In this document: in pieces, positions 1 through 8,721 of the stretch
Position numbering within the stretch: the stretch's first letter is position 1
Layout of the letters: each line of letters opens with the position of its first letter
Assembly (NCBI GenBank): GCA_035649415.1
Contig: DASRJP010000151.1
Coordinates: 1-25,415 of the forward strand
From: Pirellulaceae bacterium
GTDB taxonomy: Bacteria; Planctomycetota; Planctomycetia; Pirellulales; Pirellulaceae
Direction: 5' to 3'
Length of the DNA: 25,415 bases
The notes under the pieces: model-generated
Seen by the model: the letters and a program-made list of their open reading frames with translations, nothing else
Databases searched by the model: none
What the model was told of the DNA's origin: nothing
Translations under genes and position numbers: made by a program

Positions 1-153
1 TGGCAGACTCGTTCATACCTGGCGCGATGGCCGTGATCTATCTCGGCCTGCTCGCCTACTTCGCCGCCATCGGCGGTTACAAACCTGTGCACATTGGCGA
101 AGTGAAAAATTCCGGCGGGCATTAGGCCCGCGCGCGCCTACGGAAATCGAAGT

Positions 154-1200
154 TCACTCAGGGCGGGTGAGTCGCAACACGCCCCCCTGTTTTTCGGCTC
201 GAATGCCGCCGGGGAACATTTGCGCCGGCGCCGCGGGGCCGTTGGCGCCCAAGCAGGCCAGCGCGCGGAGTTGCTCCCACTTTTCAAAGCTCATGTCGGC
301 CAGCGGCCAGCCTTGCTCCTGCCACAAATGGATCAGCAGGTAGCGCTCGATGAGTTCTCCTCCTCCGCCGAATGATTTGGTGAATATCTCCACGCCGCCG
401 GCAATCGGCCGGCTAATCTGCCGCGCCAGGTGCAAAGCGTGCCGGCGAAAATGCTCGTCGGCCTCGTCCGCAATGCGTGCCAGCCGCAGCAGGGCCGCGC
501 GGACGTGCGGACTATAGTCCCGCTCTAGGAGCGGCAATAGCTCGTGACGGATGCGGTTCCGCGTCAAGTCGAGGAGGCGGTTAGTCGAATCTTCGCGATA
601 GATCTTGTCGAGCAGCTTCAAGTAGTCGAGAACCTCGCCGCGAGTCACATCCAGCAGCGGGCGGATCAGCGTGGCCGCCTCGGTGAGCTGCCGCGTGCGG
701 GGGATTCCGGCCAGACCGGCCAGGGCAGTGCCGCGGAGAATGTGGTGCAGGATCGTCTCGACCTGGTCGTCAGCGGTGTGGGCGGTGGCCACGTAGCGAG
801 CGCCGCATTGATTTGCCGCCCGTGCCAGAAACTCGTATCGCGCCTGCCGGGCGACCCCCTCCAGCCCCTGGCCGCCGTGGGCAGCGCCCAGATCACCGTC
901 CGCTGCGCCAACGATGCACTCGACGCCGACTTCGCGGGCCAGGTCCTCGACAAAGGCCTGGTCCTGTTCCGACTCGCTGCCGCGGAGCTTGTGGTTGAAA
1001 TGGGCGGCCACGAGCCGGCCTGAGCTGGCGACGCGAAGCTGCGACAGCCCCAAGAGCAGGGCCACGCTATCTGCCCCGCCCGATACCGCCACCAGCACCG
1101 TCACGTCGGCCCAGCGCTTCGGCGGCCAGGAGTGGCTAAGTTTGGTGAGGAAATCGCTCATCGAGTGTCGTAGGACGGGCTTCCCGGACCGTCCAAACAT
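154..1200 (-). CDS. tilS: tRNA(Ile)-lysidine synthetase TilS
   Basis: 348-aa ORF. PP-loop ATP-pyrophosphatase motif SGGADS (VLVAVSGGADSVALLLG) lies near the N-terminus, followed by a TilS-like substrate-binding region. Alternative start at Met14 (coordinate 1161). A 14-bp inverted repeat brackets the annotated ATG. Confidence 0.85.
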   Translation of the reverse strand: MFGRSGKPVLRHSMSDFLTKLSHSWPPKRWADVTVLVAVSGGADSVALLLGLSQLRVASSGRLVAAHFNHKLRGSESEQDQAFVEDLAREVGVECIVGAADGDLGAAHGGQGLEGVARQARYEFLARAANQCGARYVATAHTADDQVETILHHILRGTALAGLAGIPRTRQLTEAATLIRPLLDVTRGEVLDYLKLLDKIYREDSTNRLLDLTRNRIRHELLPLLERDYSPHVRAALLRLARIADEADEHFRRHALHLARQISRPIAGGVEIFTKSFGGGGELIERYLLIHLWQEQGWPLADMSFEKWEQLRALACLGANGPAAPAQMFPGGIRAEKQGGVLRLTRPE

Positions 1201-1935
1201 GAGACGCGCAACGAAGCCCGTCCTACAGAACGACCACCGCGCCGAATGGTTGCAGTATCATCCGTCTCTGCTAACATACACCTGTCGGGGCCGGCAATGT
1301 CGCCCCCCCGCTTAACGAGTACAACTGGAATTCAAAGGTTGGTTGTGCCGGCGGATGTTTGCAGCCGGCAGCAGAAATGGCCTGATGCACGTTGACGACA
1401 CCGCTCGCTGCTCGCCCGCTCGCGGGCAAGCGGCAGGCGGAAGTGGTAGTCAGCTGGTTGGAACCCGGAGAATCGGATCGATGCACCTGATCCTGTGGAT
1501 CCTGCGGTTATTGTTTGGCCTGCACCTGGACGGTTCTGCCCGTCCGCTGCCAGTGGCGGTCCGCCCCGATGGCCGGACTGAATGCCATCACGGCGCGGAA
1601 TGGCTGTGGAACTGGCTGAGGGGGTGTGCCGACTGGCTGAGAATACGATTCTGGCGGCCGCGCCCCAGGGGCTGGGTCCAAAGGCCAGGGGGCGGACTGG
1701 TCCGCGGCACCGCACCCCCCGGTACCGATTGAACCGCGGGGGACGCGCTAGTCGTATTTCTTGCTGGCCACGATTGAGTCGATCCTTCAGGCTGCCGGGC
1801 TCAGCCCGCGACGGCCGTTCTGCTGTTTGCCCTGGTCGCTTGTCCGGATGGTTTGACGCCGGGCCGAGTGACAAATTATGGGCCGCTGCCGCTTCGCTGC
1901 CACGACTGCCGGACTGATCAAGGAACGCAGCCGTG

Positions 1936-3489
1936 ATGGTGCCGATCTGGCTTTTGGTGGTGTGTATGGTGGTCACCTTTGCGCTGACGGTAGGTGGCCT
2001 GAAGCTGCTGGACCGCTTGCGCAAGATCGACGCGGAGACGCAGGCCCGGGAGATTGTCCACAAAGCGGATCAGGAAGCGGCCGCCAAGTCCAAGGAAGCG
2101 GAGCTGGCCATCAAGGAGCGCGACCTCGCACAAAAGTCGGACGCCGAACGGCAGTTCAATGTCATCCGCGAGGAGCTGCGCGAGCGCGAACGGACACTCG
2201 ACAAGCGGCAGGAGACGCTCGAGCAGCAGGCCGACGACATTCGCAAGCAGGAGCGGATCGTGGAATCGACTCAGCGGCGGCTGGCCGACCGCCTCGAGGA
2301 CACCAACCGCCGCAACGAAGAGCTGGGAAAACTTCTCGACATGCAGCGGCAGACGCTCCACAGCCTGTCGGGGCTCTCGCCCGGCGAGGCGACCAAGCGG
2401 CTGCTCGATTCGCTCGAGCAGGAGCTTCAGCAGGAAATGGGCTCGATCGTCATGCGACACGAAAAGCGGATGGGCGAAGTCGTCGAACAGAAGTCGCGGG
2501 ACATGCTGCTTACGGCCCTCCAGCGGTATGCCGCCACGCACACGGCCGAGAGCACGACCAGCACGGTGGACATCCCCAACGACGAGATGAAAGGACGGAT
2601 CATCGGCCGCGAGGGACGCAATATCCGCACATTCGAGAAAGTCACCGGTGTGGATGTGATCATCGACGATACGCCGGGCGTGGTGATCGTCAGCGGTTTC
2701 GACCCAGTCCGACGCGAGGTCGCCCGCCAGACTCTCAACAAGCTGATTGCCGACGGCCGAATTCACCCCACGCGGATCGAGGAAATCTTCAATTCAACGC
2801 AGAAGGAAATCGAAGCCTTCATCCAGAAGAAAGGGGAGGAAGCGGCGCAGGAAGTGGACATCCACGGCATCAATCCGAAGGTGCTGTACATGCTGGGGCG
2901 GTTGCACTTCCGGACTAGCTACAGTCAAAACGTGCTGCGGCACAGCATCGAAGTGGCATTTCTGTCGGGGCTGATGGCGGAGATGGTGAGTTTGAATGGC
3001 GACATCGCGCGCCGCAGCGGCCTGCTGCATGACATCGGCAAGGCGGCCGATCACGAGCTGGAAGGGGGGCATCCCAAGATCGGCGCCGACATCCTCAAGC
3101 GGCATGGCGAGCGGCCGGAAATTGTCCACGCGGCGCTCGGCCACCACGACGAGATCATCACCGAGTATCCCTACACGATGCTCGTGGCGACCGCCGATGC
3201 GTGCAGCGCGTCGCGGCCGGGCGCCCGCCGCGAATCGCTAGAGCGATATATCAAGCGCATGGAGGAGCTGGAGACGATCGCCTGCGGCTTTCCTGGTGTG
3301 GAACAGGCGTTTGCGATCCAGGCGGGCCGCGAGCTGCGAGTGATCGCCAGCGCCAAGGACACCGACGACGCCAAGGCGGCCAAGATCTGCCGCGATATTG
3401 CCAAGGCTTTCGAGGAGCAGCTCACATATCCAGGCGAGATCAAGGTGACCGTCGTGCGCGAATCGCGGTTTACGGACGTGGCGAGGTGA
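1936..3489 (+). CDS. rny: ribonuclease Y
   Basis: N-terminal TM helix, long K/E/R/Q-rich coiled coil, KH domain ([26 protein letters not shown]), HD domain (LLHDIGKA ... GHHDE): the canonical RNase Y architecture. GTG at 1933 is followed by ATG at 1936, with an AAGGAA Shine-Dalgarno upstream. Stop TGA at 3487-3489. Confidence 0.9.
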   Translation: MVPIWLLVVCMVVTFALTVGGLKLLDRLRKIDAETQAREIVHKADQEAAAKSKEAELAIKERDLAQKSDAERQFNVIREELRERERTLDKRQETLEQQADDIRKQERIVESTQRRLADRLEDTNRRNEELGKLLDMQRQTLHSLSGLSPGEATKRLLDSLEQELQQEMGSIVMRHEKRMGEVVEQKSRDMLLTALQRYAATHTAESTTSTVDIPNDEMKGRIIGREGRNIRTFEKVTGVDVIIDDTPGVVIVSGFDPVRREVARQTLNKLIADGRIHPTRIEEIFNSTQKEIEAFIQKKGEEAAQEVDIHGINPKVLYMLGRLHFRTSYSQNVLRHSIEVAFLSGLMAEMVSLNGDIARRSGLLHDIGKAADHELEGGHPKIGADILKRHGERPEIVHAALGHHDEIITEYPYTMLVATADACSASRPGARRESLERYIKRMEELETIACGFPGVEQAFAIQAGRELRVIASAKDTDDAKAAKICRDIAKAFEEQLTYPGEIKVTVVRESRFTDVAR

Positions 3490-3492
3490 CAA

Positions 3493-3553
3493 GTAGCAGG
3501 CACACTCCGAGTGCCGTCCGGCAAGCTAACGGCACACGGAGTGTGCCTACTAC
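3493..3553. repeat. inverted pair of a 24-nt hairpin repeat (REP/BIME-like), copy A
   Basis: Left arm 3493-3516 is GTAGCAGGCACACTCCGAGTGCCG, the reverse-complement form with 2 mismatches. A 13-nt spacer follows. Right arm 3530-3553 is CGGCACACGGAGTGTGCCTACTAC. Each arm can fold as a GGCACAC-NNN-GTGTGCC hairpin. The same 24-mer recurs at 23422-23445, 23569-23592 and 24486-24509. Confidence 0.6.
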
Positions 3554-3570
3554 CTATTTGGGGGACTGCG

Positions 3571-4386
3571 GTGCGAATCCTGCTCATCGGCGACATTGTC
3601 GGCAAGCCCGGCGTGAAGATCGTCACCGAGTCGCTGGCCGCGATGCGGCAGAGGGAGCGCATCGACCTGGTGATTGCCAACGGGGAAAACTCGGCCGACG
3701 GCTCGGGAATCAGCCCCAGCATCCATAAGAAGCTGATTGCCGCCGGGGTCGATTGCATCACCCTGGGGGACCACATCTATCGCCGCAGCGAAATCGCGCC
3801 GGTGCTGGCGAGCGAAGCGAACATCCTGCGGCCGGCCAATTATCCGGCGGCCGCGCCGGGCCGCGGCTGGACGGTGGTGAAGGCTTCCGATGGCACGTCG
3901 GTGGCCGTGATTAGTTTGCTCGGCCGCGTCTTCATGCGGCCGGTCGATTGCCCGTGGTCTGCGGTTGATCGGGTGCTGGCTGAAATTCCCGCAGAGGTGA
4001 AAGTTCGCATCGTCGATTTTCACGGCGAAGCTACCAGCGACAAGCAGCTCATGGGGCGCTATCTCGACGGCAAGGTGACTGCCGTCCTGGGAACGCACAC
4101 GCACGTGACCACAGCCGACGAGCAAATTCTTCCCGGTGGCACGGCCTTTCAGTGCGACGTCGGGATGACAGGCCCGCACGAGAGCATCCTCGGCCGCCGC
4201 ATCGACCGCGTCATGGAGACGACGCTCACCTTCCAGCCGACGCAGTTTGACGTGGCCACTGGCGACGTGCGACTTTGCGGCACCGTGGTCGATGCCGACC
4301 CGCAGTCCGGCCGGGCGACGGGGATTCGGCGACTGAAAGTAATGGAGGGAGAGCTGGGAGGCATGCCACCAGCCAGCGAACCGTGA
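3571..4386 (+). CDS. ymdB: YmdB-family metallophosphoesterase (2',3'-cyclic-nucleotide phosphodiesterase-like)
   Basis: The N-terminus VRILLIGDIVGKPG matches the B. subtilis YmdB start. Metallophosphoesterase motifs are present: DLVIANGENSADGSG, GDH, GTHTHV. GTG start at 3571 with a GGGGGA Shine-Dalgarno 7 nt upstream. rny-ymdB synteny is conserved in many bacteria. The ORF-track start at 3511 would read through the repeat element, so it is unlikely. Confidence 0.85.
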   Translation: MRILLIGDIVGKPGVKIVTESLAAMRQRERIDLVIANGENSADGSGISPSIHKKLIAAGVDCITLGDHIYRRSEIAPVLASEANILRPANYPAAAPGRGWTVVKASDGTSVAVISLLGRVFMRPVDCPWSAVDRVLAEIPAEVKVRIVDFHGEATSDKQLMGRYLDGKVTAVLGTHTHVTTADEQILPGGTAFQCDVGMTGPHESILGRRIDRVMETTLTFQPTQFDVATGDVRLCGTVVDADPQSGRATGIRRLKVMEGELGGMPPASEP

Positions 4387-4396
4387 CGCTCGGATG

Positions 4397-4735
4397 TCAT
4401 GTTCCAACCTGCCCGCCGGTTCGCTGACCATCGGAACTGCCGCCGAACTTGGCCACGAATTCTTCGTCGGTATAGGTGGGCAAAGCCCCTTTGCGGCAGC
4501 CGACCAAAAGCAAATCGCCAAATGCAGCCAAAAACGCCACCGTTGCGCAGCCGCAACCAAGCCACAATGGATATCCGCGGAAGATGCGGACTGTCGACGC
4601 GGCGCTTTCGCCCTGGCCGAGGGGGTCATGAGTGCTTAGCGACTCATTCACGCTGTCGCGAATCGCCAGGCCGAGCGCCGAACCGATGACCAGGAAGGCC
4701 AAGACACACTTGAAGACGATCAGGCGAGTCAACAT
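4397..4735 (-). CDS. hypothetical small membrane protein
   Basis: 112-aa ORF with an N-terminal hydrophobic helix (LIVFKCVLAFLVIGSALGLAI) and a second hydrophobic segment (CGCATVAFLAAFGDLLLVGC). Codon third positions are GC-rich, consistent with coding. No recognisable domain. Confidence 0.35.
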   Translation of the reverse strand: MLTRLIVFKCVLAFLVIGSALGLAIRDSVNESLSTHDPLGQGESAASTVRIFRGYPLWLGCGCATVAFLAAFGDLLLVGCRKGALPTYTDEEFVAKFGGSSDGQRTGGQVGT

Positions 4736-5057
4736 GGGGCCTGCTCCGGATCAGACACAAGGTGCGGGCGAGGAACTAGCAACTCTAGTTCACGGCCCAC
4801 TTTCATGAGAGTTTTACCGGTGGACTGCCCGCTGTATCGGTTGCTGGTACAAGTCGTACAGCCCGCAAGCGCCGCAAGCGAACGCTGCGACGCAGAGAAA
4901 AGCGAGCTTGCGCCAGTCGCTGGCAAGGGCTGTCCAAGTCCTCGCCCCGTCCTTAAGCGCCGCCCGTCCCAGTTCATAAACGACGGCACGAAGGCGTGCT
5001 AGCCACGAGCGCTTGCCGCGCTTAGGATGAAATTTCCATCTTGCCGGAGCCCGCGCC

Positions 5058-5537
5058 TTGCATTATCCTTCGCCCCCTTCCCTGCCGGAGGCTGTGCGCG
5101 CGCCGCCAGGGCACCCCTGGGTGCTCTTGTGGTACGAGCGGGCCGCGCTGCTGGTGGCGGGGGGCGTCCTGGTGACGCTGCTGGGGATTGCCGCGTGGCT
5201 GGAGCCCAGTCCGCTGGGCCTGGGGACCCATCAGCAGTTGGGCTTGCCCCCCTGCACGATGCGGTTTTTGTTCCACATTCGGTGCCCGAGCTGCGGCATG
5301 ACGACGAGCTGGGCGCACCTCATGGAAGGGAACCTGTTGGGCTCGCTCAAAGCCAATGCGGGCGGAACGCTGCTAGGATTGACGGCACTTTTGAGCGGGC
5401 CGTGGCTGGTGGCCTCGGGCCTGCGGGGCCGCTGGCTGTGGGGTCCGCCGCACGAGCTGGCGGTGCTCGCCGTGGCCGCCGCGGTGGTGCTGGTGACGCT
5501 GGCCGACTGGTGCCTGCGACTGGCGATGGGATGGTAA
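5058..5537 (+). CDS. DUF2752-family membrane protein
   Basis: The signature CTMRFLFHIRCPSCGMTTSWAHLMEGN (CP-x-CG-x-T motif) is flanked by TM helices. The start is uncertain: TTG at 5058, or an internal GTG near 5121 (VLLWYERAALL...). Confidence 0.7.
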   Translation: MHYPSPPSLPEAVRAPPGHPWVLLWYERAALLVAGGVLVTLLGIAAWLEPSPLGLGTHQQLGLPPCTMRFLFHIRCPSCGMTTSWAHLMEGNLLGSLKANAGGTLLGLTALLSGPWLVASGLRGRWLWGPPHELAVLAVAAAVVLVTLADWCLRLAMGW

Positions 5538-5570
5538 CGAAACGAAGCCCTTTCAAGCAAAGGATTGCTC

Positions 5571-6221
5571 ATGGGCAAGCGGCATTCGCTTCTGGCGGCG
5601 CTGGGACTAATGGCAATCGTGGCATCGTCCGGCGGCTGCACGTTTGTGGCGCAGACAATTGGCGCCATCGAAGGGCACGAGATCGTGCCGGCCAAATTCA
5701 ACGGCCTGGAAGGTAAGCGGGTGGCCGTCGTATGCATCGACGTCAACTCGCTGTACGGCCCGGGCGACGAGGCCGATCTGCTGGCCCGCGGCGTCAGCAC
5801 CCAGCTCAGTCAGAACGTCAAGAACATCAAGATGGTCAAGCAGTCGGAAATTCACGACTGGATCGACCAGCAGGACCAGGCGCTGGTCGATTTCCGCAAC
5901 GTCGGCCGCGGCGTCAAGGCGGATATGGTGATCGGCATCGACCTGAACTCGATCAGCACCCGCGACGTGGGGACGCTGCTCCAAGGGAAGGCAAACATCG
6001 CCGTCAAGGTGTTCGACATGTCGCGGCCCGACGAGCCAGTGTATGAGAAGCCGCCGACGGTCATGGAATTCCCCGAGCATGGCGGTCGCCACGTGACCGA
6101 GAACGAAGCCAACTTCCGAGTCATGTTCCTGCGGATCCTGGCGGACAAGATCACGAAAGACTTCTACGCGCACGACCGCACGCTCGATTTCGGCCGCGAC
6201 GCGACCTACATCGGCGATTAA
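5571..6221 (+). CDS. lipoprotein (hypothetical)
   Basis: ATG at 5571 with an AAGGA Shine-Dalgarno 9 nt upstream. Signal peptide plus lipobox (LMAIVASSGGC). The reading frame is clean and the composition is coding-like. It directly follows the DUF2752 gene. Confidence 0.75.
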   Translation: MGKRHSLLAALGLMAIVASSGGCTFVAQTIGAIEGHEIVPAKFNGLEGKRVAVVCIDVNSLYGPGDEADLLARGVSTQLSQNVKNIKMVKQSEIHDWIDQQDQALVDFRNVGRGVKADMVIGIDLNSISTRDVGTLLQGKANIAVKVFDMSRPDEPVYEKPPTVMEFPEHGGRHVTENEANFRVMFLRILADKITKDFYAHDRTLDFGRDATYIGD

Positions 6222-6246
6222 CGGAGCCGCAACTGCACGCGGCGTG

Positions 6247-8400
6247 CTACAGCTTGGGCGGCGGCCGCTTGGGCGGCGGCCGGTTGAGCATCGCCTTGCG
6301 GTCGTTGGCCGCGGCCGGAACGTTGTTATTCACGGCGGCCACGGCATTCCGCGGCGGATTGAGATCAGTGAACTCTTCTTTCCACTTCCAGCCCAGCGGG
6401 TCCTTCAGCTCCCGCTCCGCCAAGAGCGCCCAGGGCGTGCCGGGATGATCCTTGATCACGCGGTTCAAGTACATCTTGGCCCGCTCGGCCATCTTGACCA
6501 TCTGACTGCCGACCGTGATCTCTTCCGACGGCGCGAGCACCCAGGTGTTGTTCTTGGGCTCTTTGAACTTCAGGCCGCGCTTGGCTGCCGCGAGGATCTG
6601 GTTGTACCCTTCCGTGCGGACCTTGACCGCCAGCACCCGGCCCATCGCCAGATCGTAGCCGGCCCGCCAGCGGGGCGTCTCCTCTTTGTCGCGGTCCGCT
6701 TCGCCATTTTTGAGAAGCTCAAACAGGGTGTTGATCTTCGGCTCTAGTGCCGCGGCCGACTGCTGGGCCTCGGTCAGCGCGGCGGCAAATTCCCCTTCTT
6801 CGCGCTTCACGAACCGCAGCCGCGCCTCGGCCATCTGATCGATCTGCGACCGCGACGCCGCTTCGACAAGCGAGGACCGCGCGGCGTTTTTCTTGACGCG
6901 ATCGACGTATTCCCGGGCCGAGACATATTCCGGCCGATATGGCCGCATCGTTTCGGGGTCGAAGAAATACTGCAGGTGCGAGGAGAAAGCGTCCACTTCG
7001 CCGCGTGTAACTCGCCGACGAACGTCGCGATTGGGATGCACGGCGAAGTAGATCCCGCCGGTTTCGACGCACAACCGCGTCAATGCGTAGGGACCAAAAC
7101 CTGAATCGATGGCGATCTCGTCCTCCTGCTGGCCGGAGAAACCCAGCTTGATCCGCTCGAGCATCAGCGACTCCGGACCTTGATCAACCACGCCCCACTG
7201 TGCCGACTGGTCGTAATTCGGATCGGGATCGACCCATTTCATCATCGTCTCCCGCCGGCCGAAGGGGGCAGGCACGCCGACGACGTACACGGGCATCGTC
7301 CAGCGGCGGCACATTTTGACCGTCTCGTCCAGCATCCGCTCGTCGGAGCCGGCTTCATCCGTGAACACTACGATCATCACGTTGCGATCGGGCTCCTGCG
7401 ATTGCGTCTGGTAGCGATACTCGGCATAAGTCTTGGCAATCTCCCGGACGGCGGAGAACACGTGTTCTTCGCCGCTGTTGTCGTTCGGGATCGACTTGAC
7501 TGCCTGCTTGAGCTCGTCCAGGCTGTCGGTCGGCTTTTTCGTCATCAATGTCAGGCTTTGGCCGAAGGCCACCACGGAAGACAAGAGCGGCGCGTCTTCA
7601 TGTTTGGCAAATGCGCTGGCGCCGGACGCTTCGATGATCCCGAGCTCTTCGTAAATCTTGTCGAAACGGTCGTGTATCGCCTGCCGCTGCGGAATCAAGC
7701 TGGCGGTCTGATCGAACATCCAGACGACGAGGGTCTTGCGCTCTTCGAGGGAAAGCAGGATTTCGTGCGTCAAGCGGTCGATGGCGCCCGCGGCGCCCGT
7801 CGTCCCTTCTCCGGCGGCGCCCTTGACGGCGACGTTCTTGTTGAAGTGCAGACCCGAGGCGACTGCGACAATGTTGTTGATTTCAATCTCGGGATTGGGC
7901 GTGTCGGTCACGTCGGCGTGCTGCGGCACGACGGAGACTTCCGAAACGATGGGCGCTTCCGACAGCGCCATGGCCTCGCCGCCGACGCTATTGGCCCCCA
8001 CCTCGATGCTGGGCTGATTGCTGAAATAGAATTCCTCGGGGACGTTGAACTGCTCGACCTTCTCGACCGTCGTCAGGGAACTGACCAGGACGATCGCCGG
8101 TTCGGCAGGCGTGAAAGTCGGGAGCAGACCAAGGGCAACCAGCAGCGCCATATGAACGACGAAGCTGATCGCAAACGACCAGGTATCGTGATCGAGCGGA
8201 TGGACGTCGTCCCCACTTCCCTGATGCCACCAATATCGCAAACTCTGAAAGACGCTCAACGTGGATCTCCTCTCGGTGCTTGCTCTTGGTGCCGAGCGAT
8301 CCGCCCCCTCAAGTTGGCTCGCTGCCAGCCCCGTTGTTACGGAGCTCCCTGCATTGTCAGTGAATTCAGGGCCAAATGCAACGCTTCGATTCGCCGCCAC
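6247..8400 (-). CDS. von Willebrand factor A (vWA) domain membrane protein
   Basis: 717-aa ORF. One TM helix (WSFAISFVVHMALLVALGLL) follows an N-terminal region of about 75 aa. vWA MIDAS-type motif (LVVWMFDQTASL ... VMIVVFTDEAGSDE). Long C-terminal helical region. Start taken as GTG at 8400; the exact start is uncertain. Confidence 0.8.
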   Translation of the reverse strand: MAANRSVAFGPEFTDNAGSSVTTGLAASQLEGADRSAPRASTERRSTLSVFQSLRYWWHQGSGDDVHPLDHDTWSFAISFVVHMALLVALGLLPTFTPAEPAIVLVSSLTTVEKVEQFNVPEEFYFSNQPSIEVGANSVGGEAMALSEAPIVSEVSVVPQHADVTDTPNPEIEINNIVAVASGLHFNKNVAVKGAAGEGTTGAAGAIDRLTHEILLSLEERKTLVVWMFDQTASLIPQRQAIHDRFDKIYEELGIIEASGASAFAKHEDAPLLSSVVAFGQSLTLMTKKPTDSLDELKQAVKSIPNDNSGEEHVFSAVREIAKTYAEYRYQTQSQEPDRNVMIVVFTDEAGSDERMLDETVKMCRRWTMPVYVVGVPAPFGRRETMMKWVDPDPNYDQSAQWGVVDQGPESLMLERIKLGFSGQQEDEIAIDSGFGPYALTRLCVETGGIYFAVHPNRDVRRRVTRGEVDAFSSHLQYFFDPETMRPYRPEYVSAREYVDRVKKNAARSSLVEAASRSQIDQMAEARLRFVKREEGEFAAALTEAQQSAAALEPKINTLFELLKNGEADRDKEETPRWRAGYDLAMGRVLAVKVRTEGYNQILAAAKRGLKFKEPKNNTWVLAPSEEITVGSQMVKMAERAKMYLNRVIKDHPGTPWALLAERELKDPLGWKWKEEFTDLNPPRNAVAAVNNNVPAAANDRKAMLNRPPPKRPPPKL

Positions 8401-8721
8401 AAAGCGACGTTATTCCTTCCCTATCGGTCAGCCGCGGCACTTTCTCAGCCGCGCATGAACTCCGGACAATAAGTTCTTCACCAATCCCTACTTAAAGCGA
8501 ACGAGCCGGCCCATCGTACTCGCCATCAGTGGCGGCGGTGGGGCTTTGGCACCGGCCGGGATGCCGTAGCCGAAGGCCGACCTAAGTGCTTGGAGGCACA
8601 GGAGCTTCGTCGCAAAACTTGATTGACGCTTGAGCCCAGCGCATTTAGGATTGAGTCCGGAAGCTGGCGCCAGGGGCGCTCAGACCCCGCCCAAGTTGGA
8701 CGGAGAAAAGAAGCCTTTACC

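Noticed and set aside
3550-4629. 359-aa antisense ORF overlapping ymdB
   Set aside because: It lies opposite a gene with clear homology-level motifs and has arginine/alanine-rich low-complexity translation. This is a typical high-GC frame artefact. The same applies to 1878-2918(+), 1918-2766(-), 7180-8472(+), 8752-9513(-), 11816-13333(+), 14582-15712(+), 18753-19514(-), 19133-20467(-) and 22342-23259(-).
4729-5002. Small ORFs 4729-4989(-) and 4805-5002(+)
   Set aside because: They are mutually overlapping with Arg/Pro/Ala-rich translation, no Shine-Dalgarno and no domain. This is probably promoter region for the DUF2752 gene.
8623-8651. Sigma-70-like promoter TTGACG-N17-TAGGAT upstream of the hydrolase gene (a similar TAGGAT lies at 5022-5031 before the DUF2752 gene)
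   Set aside because: It is a 4/6 match to a proteobacterial consensus that may not apply in this lineage. It cannot be supported without TSS data, so it is not reported as a feature.
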